A stretch of DNA of 49,757 nt from a virus. Lineage: Duplodnaviria; Caudoviricetes. The stretch spans positions 1 to 49,757 of IMG/VR virus record IMGVR_UViG_3300022879_000179. The stretch is one strand, 5' to 3'. Position numbers and translations under genes: made by a program. Positions 27,062 to 36,225 of this stretch are shown in pieces. Position 1 is the stretch's first letter. The number at the start of each line of letters is the position of its first letter. Below the pieces are notes generated by a model. That model saw only the letters and a program-made list of their open reading frames with translations. It was not told where the DNA came from and made no database searches.

Positions 27062-28346
27062 TATTCCTCAGGCGCGCTTCCTCGCGATGAAGCACAAGTT
27101 TAAAGCCTACGTTGCCGGGTTCGGTTCCGGTAAAACGTGGGTGGGTTGTGGCGGCATCTGCAAAGGGATGTGGGAACACCCGAAGATTAACCAGGGCTAT
27201 TTCGCGCCGACGTACCCACAAATCCGCGACATCTTCTACCCGACGATTGAAGAGGTGGCCTTTGACTGGGGGTTGAGCGTCAAAATCAATGAGGGGAACA
27301 AAGAGGTTCACTTCTACGAGGGGCGACGGTACCGCGGGACAACAATTTGCCGTTCGATGGAGAAACCTGGCTCTATAGTCGGTTTCAAAATCGGTAATGC
27401 GATGGTGGATGAGCTGGACGTCATGGCGGCTGCCAAAGCGCAGCAGGCGTGGCGAAAAATCATAGCCCGTATGCGTTATAAGGTTGATGGGCTGCGTAAC
27501 GGTATTGACGTCACGACCACGCCGGAAGGGTTTAAATTCGTCTACCAGCAGTTCGTGAAGGCGGTGCGTGAAAAACCAGAGCTCTCGGCCCTGTACGGTC
27601 TGATACAGGCCAGCACGTTCGACAATGCGAAGAATCTACCACCTGATTACATCCCGTCGCTGCTGAGCTCTTACCCCGACGAACTGATTCAGGCCTATCT
27701 TCGCGGCAAGTTCACCAACCTCAACAGCGGGACCATTTACCACACGTTCAACCGCAAGCTGAATAACTGTTCTGACGAGATTCAGGATGGGGATCCGCTG
27801 TTCATCGGTATGGACTTCAACGTGGGAAAAATGGCCGCGATTGTTCACGTAAAGCGTAACGGCCTACCGCGCGCGGTTCGTGAACTGGTGAAGGTCTATG
27901 ATACCCCGGCGATGATTAAGCGCATCCAGGAAGAGTTCTGGCGATATGAGGATGGGCGTTATGTGAAGAGCCGGGAGATTTACATCTACCCGGATGCCTC
28001 AGGCGACTCCCGCAAATCCCAGAACGCCAGCAAGACCGATATTGCCCAGCTTAACGATGCCGGATTCAGCGTCATCGTTGATGATGCAAACCCGCCGGTT
28101 AAAGACCGTATTAACTCGATGAACGCCATGTTCTGCAACGCTAACGGCGAGCGCAGCTACCTGGTGAACGTCCAGAACTGCCCGGTTTACACCGAGAGCC
28201 TCGAGCAGCAAATCTGGGCGGCCAATGGCGAACCGGACAAATCAGCTGATAACGATCACCCCAATGATGCTGGTGGGTACTTCATCGTGAAGGATTACCC
28301 GATCGTGAAACCGGCATACTCAATCACCATGGATACTACTTTCTGA
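27039..28346 (+). CDS. terL: Terminase large subunit
   Basis: Walker A GFGSGKT, Walker B MVDE, TTTPEG, nuclease GMDFN and DHPNDA. Confidence 0.9.
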   Translation: MGISPTLNIPQARFLAMKHKFKAYVAGFGSGKTWVGCGGICKGMWEHPKINQGYFAPTYPQIRDIFYPTIEEVAFDWGLSVKINEGNKEVHFYEGRRYRGTTICRSMEKPGSIVGFKIGNAMVDELDVMAAAKAQQAWRKIIARMRYKVDGLRNGIDVTTTPEGFKFVYQQFVKAVREKPELSALYGLIQASTFDNAKNLPPDYIPSLLSSYPDELIQAYLRGKFTNLNSGTIYHTFNRKLNNCSDEIQDGDPLFIGMDFNVGKMAAIVHVKRNGLPRAVRELVKVYDTPAMIKRIQEEFWRYEDGRYVKSREIYIYPDASGDSRKSQNASKTDIAQLNDAGFSVIVDDANPPVKDRINSMNAMFCNANGERSYLVNVQNCPVYTESLEQQIWAANGEPDKSADNDHPNDAGGYFIVKDYPIVKPAYSITMDTTF

Positions 28347-28347
28347 T

Positions 28348-29736
28348 ATGGCAAACGACGACATCACCTGGGTTCGACCAGAACACCGGGCGGCTTCTGC
28401 TGCCTGGCGGAAATACAGGGACTTCTGCAAAGGAGCTGAGGCCGTAAAAGCGGCGGGTAATAAGTATCTGCCTTATCTCGACCCAACCGATAAATCTACA
28501 CGCAATCGCAAGCGCAATGAGGACTATCTAAGCCGTGCGGTGTTCTACGCCATTGCCGGTAATACGAAGATCGGCATGCTTGGGATGGCGTATCGCAAGG
28601 ACCCCACGTTTAACGGCCCGGAGAAGCTCAAATATCTGTTAGACAATGCTGACGGGGCCGGCACCAGTATTTACCAGCAGTCGCAGCTGGTTACTGAGAA
28701 CGTGCTGGAGGTGGCACGAGAGGGGCTTTATGTTGACTACGCAGAAGCATCCGATGAGGCGATCATCCTCCGCTATCCGGCAGAGAACATTATCAACTGG
28801 CGAACAAAGCGAATTAACGGACGCGATCAGCTGGTGCTGGTGGTACTGCGCGAATGCGTAGAAGAGCCAGATGGTTACGCGTACAAGGATGAAATCCAGT
28901 ACCGCGAGCTGGCGCTGGAAGAAGAGCGGTTCATCTGCCGGGTATGGCGCAGGGCTGGTGGCACAGCAAGCGGAACCTACACCGTTGACAGCGAGTACCA
29001 CCCTAAGCCGAAAGGGAAGGAATACTGGGATGAAATCCCGTTCACCTTTGTCGGCGCCCAGAACAACGATCCCACTATTGATGACTCTCCGCTGGCTGCG
29101 CTGGTGGAGATAAACCATGGTCATTACCGAAACAGCGCTGACTATGAAGACAGCGTATGGTTCTGTGGTCAGGTGCAGCCGTACATGACCGGGCTTGATA
29201 CCAACTGGCGCGATCACCTCGAGAAGAAGGGCGTGAAAATTGGTTCCCGATCACCGCTTTTACTTCCCAGGGAGGGCTCGTTTGGCTATGCCCAGGCGCA
29301 GCCGAACATGCTGGCTAAAGAGGCCATGGACAGTAAGCGCGATTACATGGTGCAGCTGGGCGCCCGACTGATTGAGCAGAACGCCACGGCGAAGACGGCA
29401 ACCCAGGCGAGCGGTGAGCAAACATCCTCAACATCAGTGCTCGGTATTTGCGTCTCAAACGTTTCCGAGGCCTACACGCTGGCGCTTGGCTGGTGTGCGA
29501 AATACCTCGGCGTTAAGGGCGAAACGACGAGTTACACCATCAATCAGGAATTCATCGCGAAGGTTGCTGAGTCTGGCATGGTGACGGCAATCGTCAACGC
29601 CTGGCAGTCCGGCGCGCTGCGCGATAGCGATATGATTCGCGCACTTCAGAAGCTTGACCTCATTGACCCGGCCGACAGCCCGGACGAGGTTATTGATGCG
29701 CTTCGCAATCAGGCACCAACGTTGACGGGAGGCTGA
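28348..29736 (+). CDS. Portal protein (DUF4055-like)
   Basis: 462 aa after TerL; YLSRAVFY, NHGHYRNSADYE. Confidence 0.8.
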   Translation: MANDDITWVRPEHRAASAAWRKYRDFCKGAEAVKAAGNKYLPYLDPTDKSTRNRKRNEDYLSRAVFYAIAGNTKIGMLGMAYRKDPTFNGPEKLKYLLDNADGAGTSIYQQSQLVTENVLEVAREGLYVDYAEASDEAIILRYPAENIINWRTKRINGRDQLVLVVLRECVEEPDGYAYKDEIQYRELALEEERFICRVWRRAGGTASGTYTVDSEYHPKPKGKEYWDEIPFTFVGAQNNDPTIDDSPLAALVEINHGHYRNSADYEDSVWFCGQVQPYMTGLDTNWRDHLEKKGVKIGSRSPLLLPREGSFGYAQAQPNMLAKEAMDSKRDYMVQLGARLIEQNATAKTATQASGEQTSSTSVLGICVSNVSEAYTLALGWCAKYLGVKGETTSYTINQEFIAKVAESGMVTAIVNAWQSGALRDSDMIRALQKLDLIDPADSPDEVIDALRNQAPTLTGG

Positions 29737-29737
29737 T

Positions 29738-30835
29738 ATGCCCACCATCAACGAAAGCCTGCGTGATGAATCGATCGCACATTCTGTCTGGTTAAGCCGC
29801 TATGCCACTGGCGTGGCAAACCGGATGGTGAAGTTGCTTAACAAGACGGACGCGGACCTGTCAGCACGCCTGCTCGATGCGCTGGATAGATTGCCGCCGG
29901 AGAGCTTCACCGTTAACCGTTTGCAGAGTTTACTGGGCAGCGTGCGCGATCTTAACCATCAGGCCGTAGCATCCATGCAGGCAGGGCTCGAGAGTGAGCT
30001 GGTGGCGCTGGCAAGGAACGAAGCCAGTTATCAGTTGAGCCTGTTCGATTCCCTTCTGCCATCTCAGGTGTTGTCCCGGTATCCGCTACAGGGCGTTACC
30101 GCCGACATGGTGTATGCCGCAGCAATGGCGCAACCCTTTCAGGGGCGATTGCTAAGTGAGTGGGCGGAGAATCTGGAATCGGACAGGCTGGCACGGATCG
30201 TGAACGTTGTCCGCAGGGGGTATCTTACCGGCGACACGGTAGAAACAATCGCGCGCAGTGTTCGCGGCCACGCCAACAAAGACTATCGCGACGGCGCGCT
30301 GCAGATGAGCAGGGCAAACGCTGCCAGCATCGCTAAAACAGCCGTGAATCATCTGGCTGCCACAGCACGCAACAGCTTCACCAGTGCTAATAGCGATATC
30401 GTGAAAGGTAAGCAGTGGCTGTCTACGCTGGACAATAAAACCAGCCACGACTGCATTATTCGTGACCTGCTGCGCTACAGCCTGGATAACAAACCGGTCG
30501 GGCATAAGGTGCCTTACCTGCAGGGTCCCGGGAAGATTCATTTCTGCTGTCGTTCTACTGAAACCCTGATTCTCAAGTCGTGGCGCGAACTCGGCATCGA
30601 TATCGACGAGATGGACGAGGGGACTCGTGCCAGCATGGATGGACAGGTACCGGGGAAAACATCATATCTGGAATGGCTCGCACGCCAGCCGGCACAACGC
30701 CAGGATCAGGTTCTGGGTGCCGAGCGTGGCCGTTTGTTCCGCGCGGGTGAAATCGACCTGGCTGATATGTTCACTGACAAAGGCGAATGGATCAGCCTGG
30801 AACGTCTGAAGCAGCTCTCAGGCACAGACAACTAA
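29738..30835 (+). CDS. Minor head morphogenesis protein (SPP1 gp7/Mu F-like)
   Basis: WLSTLDNKTSHDC...HFCCRS. Confidence 0.8.
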   Translation: MPTINESLRDESIAHSVWLSRYATGVANRMVKLLNKTDADLSARLLDALDRLPPESFTVNRLQSLLGSVRDLNHQAVASMQAGLESELVALARNEASYQLSLFDSLLPSQVLSRYPLQGVTADMVYAAAMAQPFQGRLLSEWAENLESDRLARIVNVVRRGYLTGDTVETIARSVRGHANKDYRDGALQMSRANAASIAKTAVNHLAATARNSFTSANSDIVKGKQWLSTLDNKTSHDCIIRDLLRYSLDNKPVGHKVPYLQGPGKIHFCCRSTETLILKSWRELGIDIDEMDEGTRASMDGQVPGKTSYLEWLARQPAQRQDQVLGAERGRLFRAGEIDLADMFTDKGEWISLERLKQLSGTDN

Positions 30836-30915
30836 CAATCACATCTTACTCCACGCCCTGGCATCTGCCGGGGCTTTTTTATGGGCGAGGCCCGGCAAAA
30901 TCCCGAGGGGAAATT

Positions 30916-31686
30916 ATGTTAATTCGAAACATGCTTCTGAAATTTTACGCACCTGAAAGCGGCGGTGAAGGTGGCGGTGGCGGTGGTATCGAAATCACTC
31001 CTGAAATCCAGAAGCTGATTGATGAGCGCGTGACCAGCGAAGTCACTGGCCTCAAAACGAAAAATAGCGAACTGCTAGGCACCATTAAACAGCAGAAAGA
31101 AAACCTGTCTCGCTTTGATGGTATCGATCCTGATGCAGTGCGCGGGATCCTCCAGCGTTTTTCCGACGACGAAGAGGCCAAGCTGATTGCCGCCGGAAAA
31201 ATCGATGAGGTGCTCGATAAGCGCACCGAGCGTCTGCGTGCTGACGTCGATAAGCAAATCAAAGCCGCAAATGAACGCGCGGACAAAGCCGAAGCGTTCT
31301 CCAACAAATTCCGGGATCGAGTTCTGGGCGATGCAATCCGTGCAGCAGCGTCAAAAGCTGGTGCTCTGCCGGAAGCATCTGACGATCTGATTCTGCGTGC
31401 CAAAGGCACATTCCAGCTCAACGACGAAGGCGAGGCCGTAGCAGTTGATGCAAATGGCGATGTTCTGTTCGGTAAAGACGGCAAAACCCCACTGAGTCCA
31501 CTCGAATGGGCGGAGTCTCTCAAGGAGACGGCTCCGCATCTGTTCCCTCGTGCAGAAGGCACTGGCGCGGGCGGACACAAACCAAACGGTGGTGGCAGCC
31601 TCAAACGTTCCGAAATGAGCGCCAGCGACAAAGCGGACTACATCCGCAAGCATGGCCAACAGGCCTTCCTCAAACTTCCGAAATAA
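30916..31686 (+). CDS. Capsid scaffolding protein
   Basis: Coiled-coil, PHLF..GTGAGG, precedes the major capsid gene. Confidence 0.7.
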   Translation: MLIRNMLLKFYAPESGGEGGGGGGIEITPEIQKLIDERVTSEVTGLKTKNSELLGTIKQQKENLSRFDGIDPDAVRGILQRFSDDEEAKLIAAGKIDEVLDKRTERLRADVDKQIKAANERADKAEAFSNKFRDRVLGDAIRAAASKAGALPEASDDLILRAKGTFQLNDEGEAVAVDANGDVLFGKDGKTPLSPLEWAESLKETAPHLFPRAEGTGAGGHKPNGGGSLKRSEMSASDKADYIRKHGQQAFLKLPK

Positions 31687-31697
31687 GGGATTAACCC

Positions 31698-32651
31698 ATG
31701 TCTACCACTGTTAATAGTGACCTGATTATTTATGACGATCTGGCGCAGACCGCTTTCCTCGAGCGCCGCCAGGACAACCTGGCAATTTTCAACGCGTCCT
31801 CCAACGGAGCGATCCTTCTGGATAACGAGCTGATTGAAGGCGATTTCCGCAAGCGAGCGTTCTACAAGGTGGGCGGCTCTATTGAATCGCGCAATGTGAA
31901 CTCTGTCGATAAAGTCACAGGTAAAAAAATCGGTGCCGGTGAAGCGATATCCGTTAAAGCACCGTGGAAATACGGCCCGTATGAAACCACGGAAGAGGCC
32001 TTTAAACGCCGTGGCCGCTCCGTTGATGAGTTCTCCGAAGTGATCGGCGTTGATGTCGCAGATGCCACGCTGGAAGGCTACGTGAAATACGGCCTGAAAG
32101 CGCTGACTGCGGCGATTGGCGCTAACGCGGACATGGTGGTCACCGCCGATATCGAAACTGACGGCAAGAAGACCCTGACGCGCGGCCTGCGCAAATACGG
32201 GGACAAGTTTAACCGCGTGGTCCTGTTCGTGATGCACTCTGCGACTTACTTCGACATTGTTGATGAGGCGATTGCCAACAAAATCTACGAAGAGGCGGGC
32301 GTGGTGGTTTACGGCGGGCAGCCAGGCACCCTGGGTAAACCTGTGCTGGTGACCGACACCATGGACGCTGATGCGATCCTTGGGCTGGTATCTGGAGCGG
32401 TTACCGTCACCGAGTCTCAGGCGCCGGGCTTCCGTTCCTACGATATCAACGATCAGGAAAACCTTGCGGTTGGCTATCGCGCTGAAGGCGTGGTGAACGT
32501 TGATCTGCTGGGCTACAGCTGGGATACCGCCAAAGGTGATAACCCTGACCTGACCGCCATCGGCACTGCAGGCAACTGGAAGAAACACTTCACCAGCAAC
32601 AAATCTACGGCAGGCGTGCTGATTAAACTGGAATCCGCGGTGGGGGAGTAA
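31698..32651 (+). CDS. Major capsid protein
   Basis: 317 aa after the scaffold; GTLGKPVLVTD motif. Confidence 0.8.
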   Translation: MSTTVNSDLIIYDDLAQTAFLERRQDNLAIFNASSNGAILLDNELIEGDFRKRAFYKVGGSIESRNVNSVDKVTGKKIGAGEAISVKAPWKYGPYETTEEAFKRRGRSVDEFSEVIGVDVADATLEGYVKYGLKALTAAIGANADMVVTADIETDGKKTLTRGLRKYGDKFNRVVLFVMHSATYFDIVDEAIANKIYEEAGVVVYGGQPGTLGKPVLVTDTMDADAILGLVSGAVTVTESQAPGFRSYDINDQENLAVGYRAEGVVNVDLLGYSWDTAKGDNPDLTAIGTAGNWKKHFTSNKSTAGVLIKLESAVGE

Positions 32652-32932
32652 CGCTGTCAGCGGATAAAACCTCCGCAACTGCTGACAGCACAGACGCGGT
32701 AACTGTTTCTCTGAAGTACACGCTGAATGGCTCCGGTGTATCCGGTAAAACCGTCGCGTGGACGTCCACAGGTGGCACGCTTAGCACGGCCAGTTCTCAG
32801 ACTGGATCAGCTGGTGGTGCAACGGTGAAACTCACATCAGACGTTGCTGGCACCTTCACGGTAACCGGCACGGTTGAAGGAGTGGCGAAAACCACTGATG
32901 AGATCACCTTCACTGCTCCTTCCGGGGAATAA
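32645..32932 (+). CDS. Ig-like (Big_1-type) domain, probable -1 frameshift extension of the capsid protein
   Basis: GVTLSADKTSATADSTDAVTVSLKYTLNGSGVSGKTVAWTSTGGTLSTASSQTGSAGGATVKLTSDVAGTFTVTGTV...; no ATG; GGGGGAG at 32642-32648. Confidence 0.7.
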   Translation, partial: GVTLSADKTSATADSTDAVTVSLKYTLNGSGVSGKTVAWTSTGGTLSTASSQTGSAGGATVKLTSDVAGTFTVTGTVEGVAKTTDEITFTAPSGE

Positions 32933-32968
32933 CGAATGGGGCGAAAGCCCCATAAACAGGATGATTCG

Positions 32969-33451
32969 ATGGTCAATACCGATATCACCTCTCCTGATGC
33001 CAACAGCTACGCCAGTGAAGAGGATCTTGCCTCATTTGCGGAAATACGCGGCATTGAACTGCCTGACAAGCTCACACCTTTGTTGATTAAGGCCATGGAT
33101 TACCTGGAAGGTCTGGACTGGGTTGGCTCAAAAGCTGACCCGAGACAGGCTCTGGCGTGGCCACGCGTGAATGTCGTTCTGGATGAACATGATTTCCCGC
33201 CGGATGAAGTTCCACGGCAGGTTATAACCGCGCAGTGCATGCTGGCGGTAGAGGCAATTGACGGCGATTTACTCTCCAGCGTGCGCGAAGCCGCTGTGAA
33301 AACTGAACGTGTGGAAGGTGCTGTCACGATGACCTATGCGGTCGCAGATGGTGAAGTCTTCACGCCGTCCTATCCTGCTGTCATGGCGCTGCTGGGCGAC
33401 CTCGCTGGTGGTCGTGGTTACGCCATCAATGCATTTGCAGAGAGGGCCTGA
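32969..33451 (+). CDS. Head-tail adaptor (often annotated DnaT-like)
   Basis: ANSYAS, QALAWPR, VP.QV..AQC.LA. Confidence 0.7.
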   Translation: MVNTDITSPDANSYASEEDLASFAEIRGIELPDKLTPLLIKAMDYLEGLDWVGSKADPRQALAWPRVNVVLDEHDFPPDEVPRQVITAQCMLAVEAIDGDLLSSVREAAVKTERVEGAVTMTYAVADGEVFTPSYPAVMALLGDLAGGRGYAINAFAERA

Positions 33452-33452
33452 T

Positions 33453-33803
33453 ATGGCGATTGATTACCAACGTATGCAGGCCAGAACGACCCGCATGCTC
33501 AGGCAGAACGGCGCGACGTACAACGTCACCCGCAAGGGTTCGGTAACGGTTATCGGCGGCATTGAGCATAAAACTGAAGCGGTCCGTTTTACTGCTGTGG
33601 GCGTGAAGACCGAATACGCGCCAGGCGAAATTGATGGAACGGTCATCGTTAACGGCGACGTGCAGATTGTTTTTACGTCAGAGCAGGAAATTAAAATCGG
33701 CGATGTGGTTGATATTGATGGCGCAGCGTACCGTGTTGTCAAACCGAATCCGGTAAAACCTGCAGTGCTGGTGCTCTGCTACAAAGCGCAACTGAGGGCT
33801 TAG
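33453..33803 (+). CDS. Head closure protein
   Basis: 116 aa; position and beta-rich sequence. Confidence 0.6.
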   Translation: MAIDYQRMQARTTRMLRQNGATYNVTRKGSVTVIGGIEHKTEAVRFTAVGVKTEYAPGEIDGTVIVNGDVQIVFTSEQEIKIGDVVDIDGAAYRVVKPNPVKPAVLVLCYKAQLRA

Positions 33804-33804
33804 C

Positions 33805-34389
33805 ATGGGCGAGAACGCGGCTTTCTTGGCTGAAATCACGGCTTTTGTTAACAAGGCGAAAACGAATCAGGAAGCAGTGGTACGCGCGGTCGGAATCAAA
33901 ATTCTTAACCAGCTGGTGGTGATGTCCCCAGTGGGAAACCCGGAGTTGTGGGAAGTTAACCAGACAGCTGTTTCCTATAATCGCGCTGTTTACGACCACA
34001 ACGAGGCGCAGCGCGCCAATCCCGACAACCTGACCAAAACCGGGCGACTGAGGAAAAAAGCCCGGGTGGTGGATGGGATGGATATCAAAGCACCGCCGGG
34101 GTACACGGGCGGACGCTTTCGCGGTAACTGGCAGGTGTCCTTTGATGCGCCAACGACTGACGAGACAGGGCGTGTTGATAAGGCAGGTGATCTGACAAAA
34201 GCGGCCGGGAACTACACGCTATCGCTCTTCAAAGTCGGGATGAAGGCCATTTATTTCTGCAACAACGTGCCCTATGCCTACCCGCTTGAAATGGGGCATT
34301 CCACACAGGCTCCGGGCGGCATGGTCCGCATAACTGCAGCTGAGTTTCAACGCTTCTTTGAAGAATCTGTCAGGGAGGTGACTAAGTGA
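33805..34389 (+). CDS. Neck protein, HK97 gp10-like
   Basis: SPVG...GGRFRGNWQV...NNVPYAYPLEMGHSTQAP. Confidence 0.7.
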   Translation: MGENAAFLAEITAFVNKAKTNQEAVVRAVGIKILNQLVVMSPVGNPELWEVNQTAVSYNRAVYDHNEAQRANPDNLTKTGRLRKKARVVDGMDIKAPPGYTGGRFRGNWQVSFDAPTTDETGRVDKAGDLTKAAGNYTLSLFKVGMKAIYFCNNVPYAYPLEMGHSTQAPGGMVRITAAEFQRFFEESVREVTK

Positions 34390-34796
34390 TTCCTGATATT
34401 GCATCTGCACTGGCCGCCAGACTGGGTACCTGGGCCGATGTCGAGGGCATTTCGGTTGCTTGGGAGAACGTGCCGTTCACACCTCCTGCTAACGAGATGT
34501 ACCTGGCCGTTCACGATATGCCCGTTACGCCGCGAACAATCGATCTCGGATTGCGCAGCCGGACTTATTCTGGCGTGTACCAGATTAATGTCGTGGCGCC
34601 AGCTGGCTCCGGCCGTACCTCCGTCGTTGCCCTGGCGGGCAGAGTAGCGGAATTGTTCCCCGAGGGGCTGGAAATTGCAGGCAAAGACTTTACCTGCTGG
34701 ATTAGCAGCGCGCCTGGCATATTCCGCGGCGTCCCTACACCTGTGTCCTACACCGTTCCTGTCAGCTTGAATTATCGGGCAGACATTAGCAGCTGA
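34386..34796 (+). CDS. Tail terminator protein (DUF4128-like)
   Basis: VAWENVPFTPP, GVYQINVVAPAGSG. Confidence 0.7.
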   Translation: MIPDIASALAARLGTWADVEGISVAWENVPFTPPANEMYLAVHDMPVTPRTIDLGLRSRTYSGVYQINVVAPAGSGRTSVVALAGRVAELFPEGLEIAGKDFTCWISSAPGIFRGVPTPVSYTVPVSLNYRADISS

Positions 34797-34864
34797 TTCC
34801 CCTCTGATGTCCCACAACTGACCGGCCTTGAGCCGGTTTTCCCGTTTCTGAAGGAGAAACCATT

Positions 34865-35536
34865 ATGGGCTTTGCACTGCCTAACGGCGCTCATGTTTAT
34901 CTGGCGTCGGGCTACGGCCCGGCCATTACTTTCACCGGCGCGACGAATGCTGAGCACGCGGTGATCACCGTTAGCGCCGCAGACGATATCGCGGTCGGCG
35001 ATATCGTTCACGTGAACTGCAACTGGTCGGGTATTGATAACGTTATCGCGAAAATCGACGCGATTGCGGAGAATGCTGTCACTCTTCGCAACATCAATAC
35101 CACCAACAAAAACAAATACGCTGCGGGCGGTGGTTCCGGCTCTATTCGCAAAATTGAAGAATGGACCGAACTGCCACAAATCACTGAGGTATCGAAATTT
35201 GGTGGCGATCAGAACACCACGCAGATTCAGTTCCTCAGCGATGATCGCCAGCGCAACCTGAACACCTATAAATCCGCAGTCTCGCAGACCTACTCGATCG
35301 CGCATGACTCCACGCTCCCGGTATATCCATTGCTGCGCCAGCTGGACGAAGACGAAGAGACCGTGGCGGCTTATATGTACGTGCCGAAGGCGAAGGAGAA
35401 CCGTTACTGGGCGGCCACGGCATCTTTTGACGACACGCCGACTACTGCGGTTAACGAGGTAGAGACAGTGAGTGTGGTGCTGAACCTGCAGTCACCGGCG
35501 ATGACGTTCTACAAGGTGACTGACGCTGCCGCCTGA
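34865..35536 (+). CDS. Major tail tube protein
   Basis: MGFALPNGA..., WTELPQI..GGDQN; followed by terminator at 35562-35588. Confidence 0.75.
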   Translation: MGFALPNGAHVYLASGYGPAITFTGATNAEHAVITVSAADDIAVGDIVHVNCNWSGIDNVIAKIDAIAENAVTLRNINTTNKNKYAAGGGSGSIRKIEEWTELPQITEVSKFGGDQNTTQIQFLSDDRQRNLNTYKSAVSQTYSIAHDSTLPVYPLLRQLDEDEETVAAYMYVPKAKENRYWAATASFDDTPTTAVNEVETVSVVLNLQSPAMTFYKVTDAAA

Positions 35537-35602
35537 CCCGTCAGAGCTTTCACCATTCCATGCCTCCCATCACGGAGGCTTTTTTTTCGTTAAGAGGTAT
35601 CG

Positions 35603-35914
35603 ATGGCGACCAAATTCACTCTTCAGCCCAAACCAACATTTAAAGCCAATGTCTCGATCCCCCGAGCCGGCGATGAGGATGGCGTGCTGACGTTCACATT
35701 CAATCACAAGCCACTCAAAGAACTGGCGGATCTGGAGAAAATGGAAGGCAAAACCGCCACTGATTTTCTGATGGAAATCATTGCTGGCTGGGCACTTCCC
35801 GATGCATTCAACGCGGAAAACCTGTCGGTGCTGCTGGAAAACTATCCGGCTGCAATGAAGGCTATCCCTGAAACCTACTATCGCGAACTGATGGGGCAGC
35901 GCGAAAAAAACTGA
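35603..35914 (+). CDS. Tail assembly chaperone G
   Basis: PTFKANVSIP...; ends at slippery A AAA AAC (35905-35911). Confidence 0.8.
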   Translation: MATKFTLQPKPTFKANVSIPRAGDEDGVLTFTFNHKPLKELADLEKMEGKTATDFLMEIIAGWALPDAFNAENLSVLLENYPAAMKAIPETYYRELMGQREKN

Positions 35915-36225
35915 TAGCGGTTGCCTCTGCATTCTATACGCCTGAACCCACAGCGGCAGACCTGGCACCCTATGGTCTTACGCCGGATGACTACGACGAT
36001 CAATACATCGACGTCTGGCCAGATGTATGGCCTTCATTCCTGGTGTTTCAGGCTGTCAGCACGCAGTGGCGCACGGGCATGGGAGGCGCATCAGGGCTTG
36101 ATTACAACGTGCTGCCCTGGGTGATGCGCCTGCACCACGTCGACGACGAGGCAACCGCGCTGTCGGACATCCGAATCATGGAGAGCGCCGCACTAAAAGT
36201 TATGCATAAAGAGAGGGCGGAATGA
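35911..36225 (+). CDS. Tail chaperone T segment (-1 frameshift product G-T)
   Basis: -1 frame open from the slippery site: [11 protein letters not shown]...[16 protein letters not shown]. Confidence 0.75.
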   Translation: MIAVASAFYTPEPTAADLAPYGLTPDDYDDQYIDVWPDVWPSFLVFQAVSTQWRTGMGGASGLDYNVLPWVMRLHHVDDEATALSDIRIMESAALKVMHKERAE

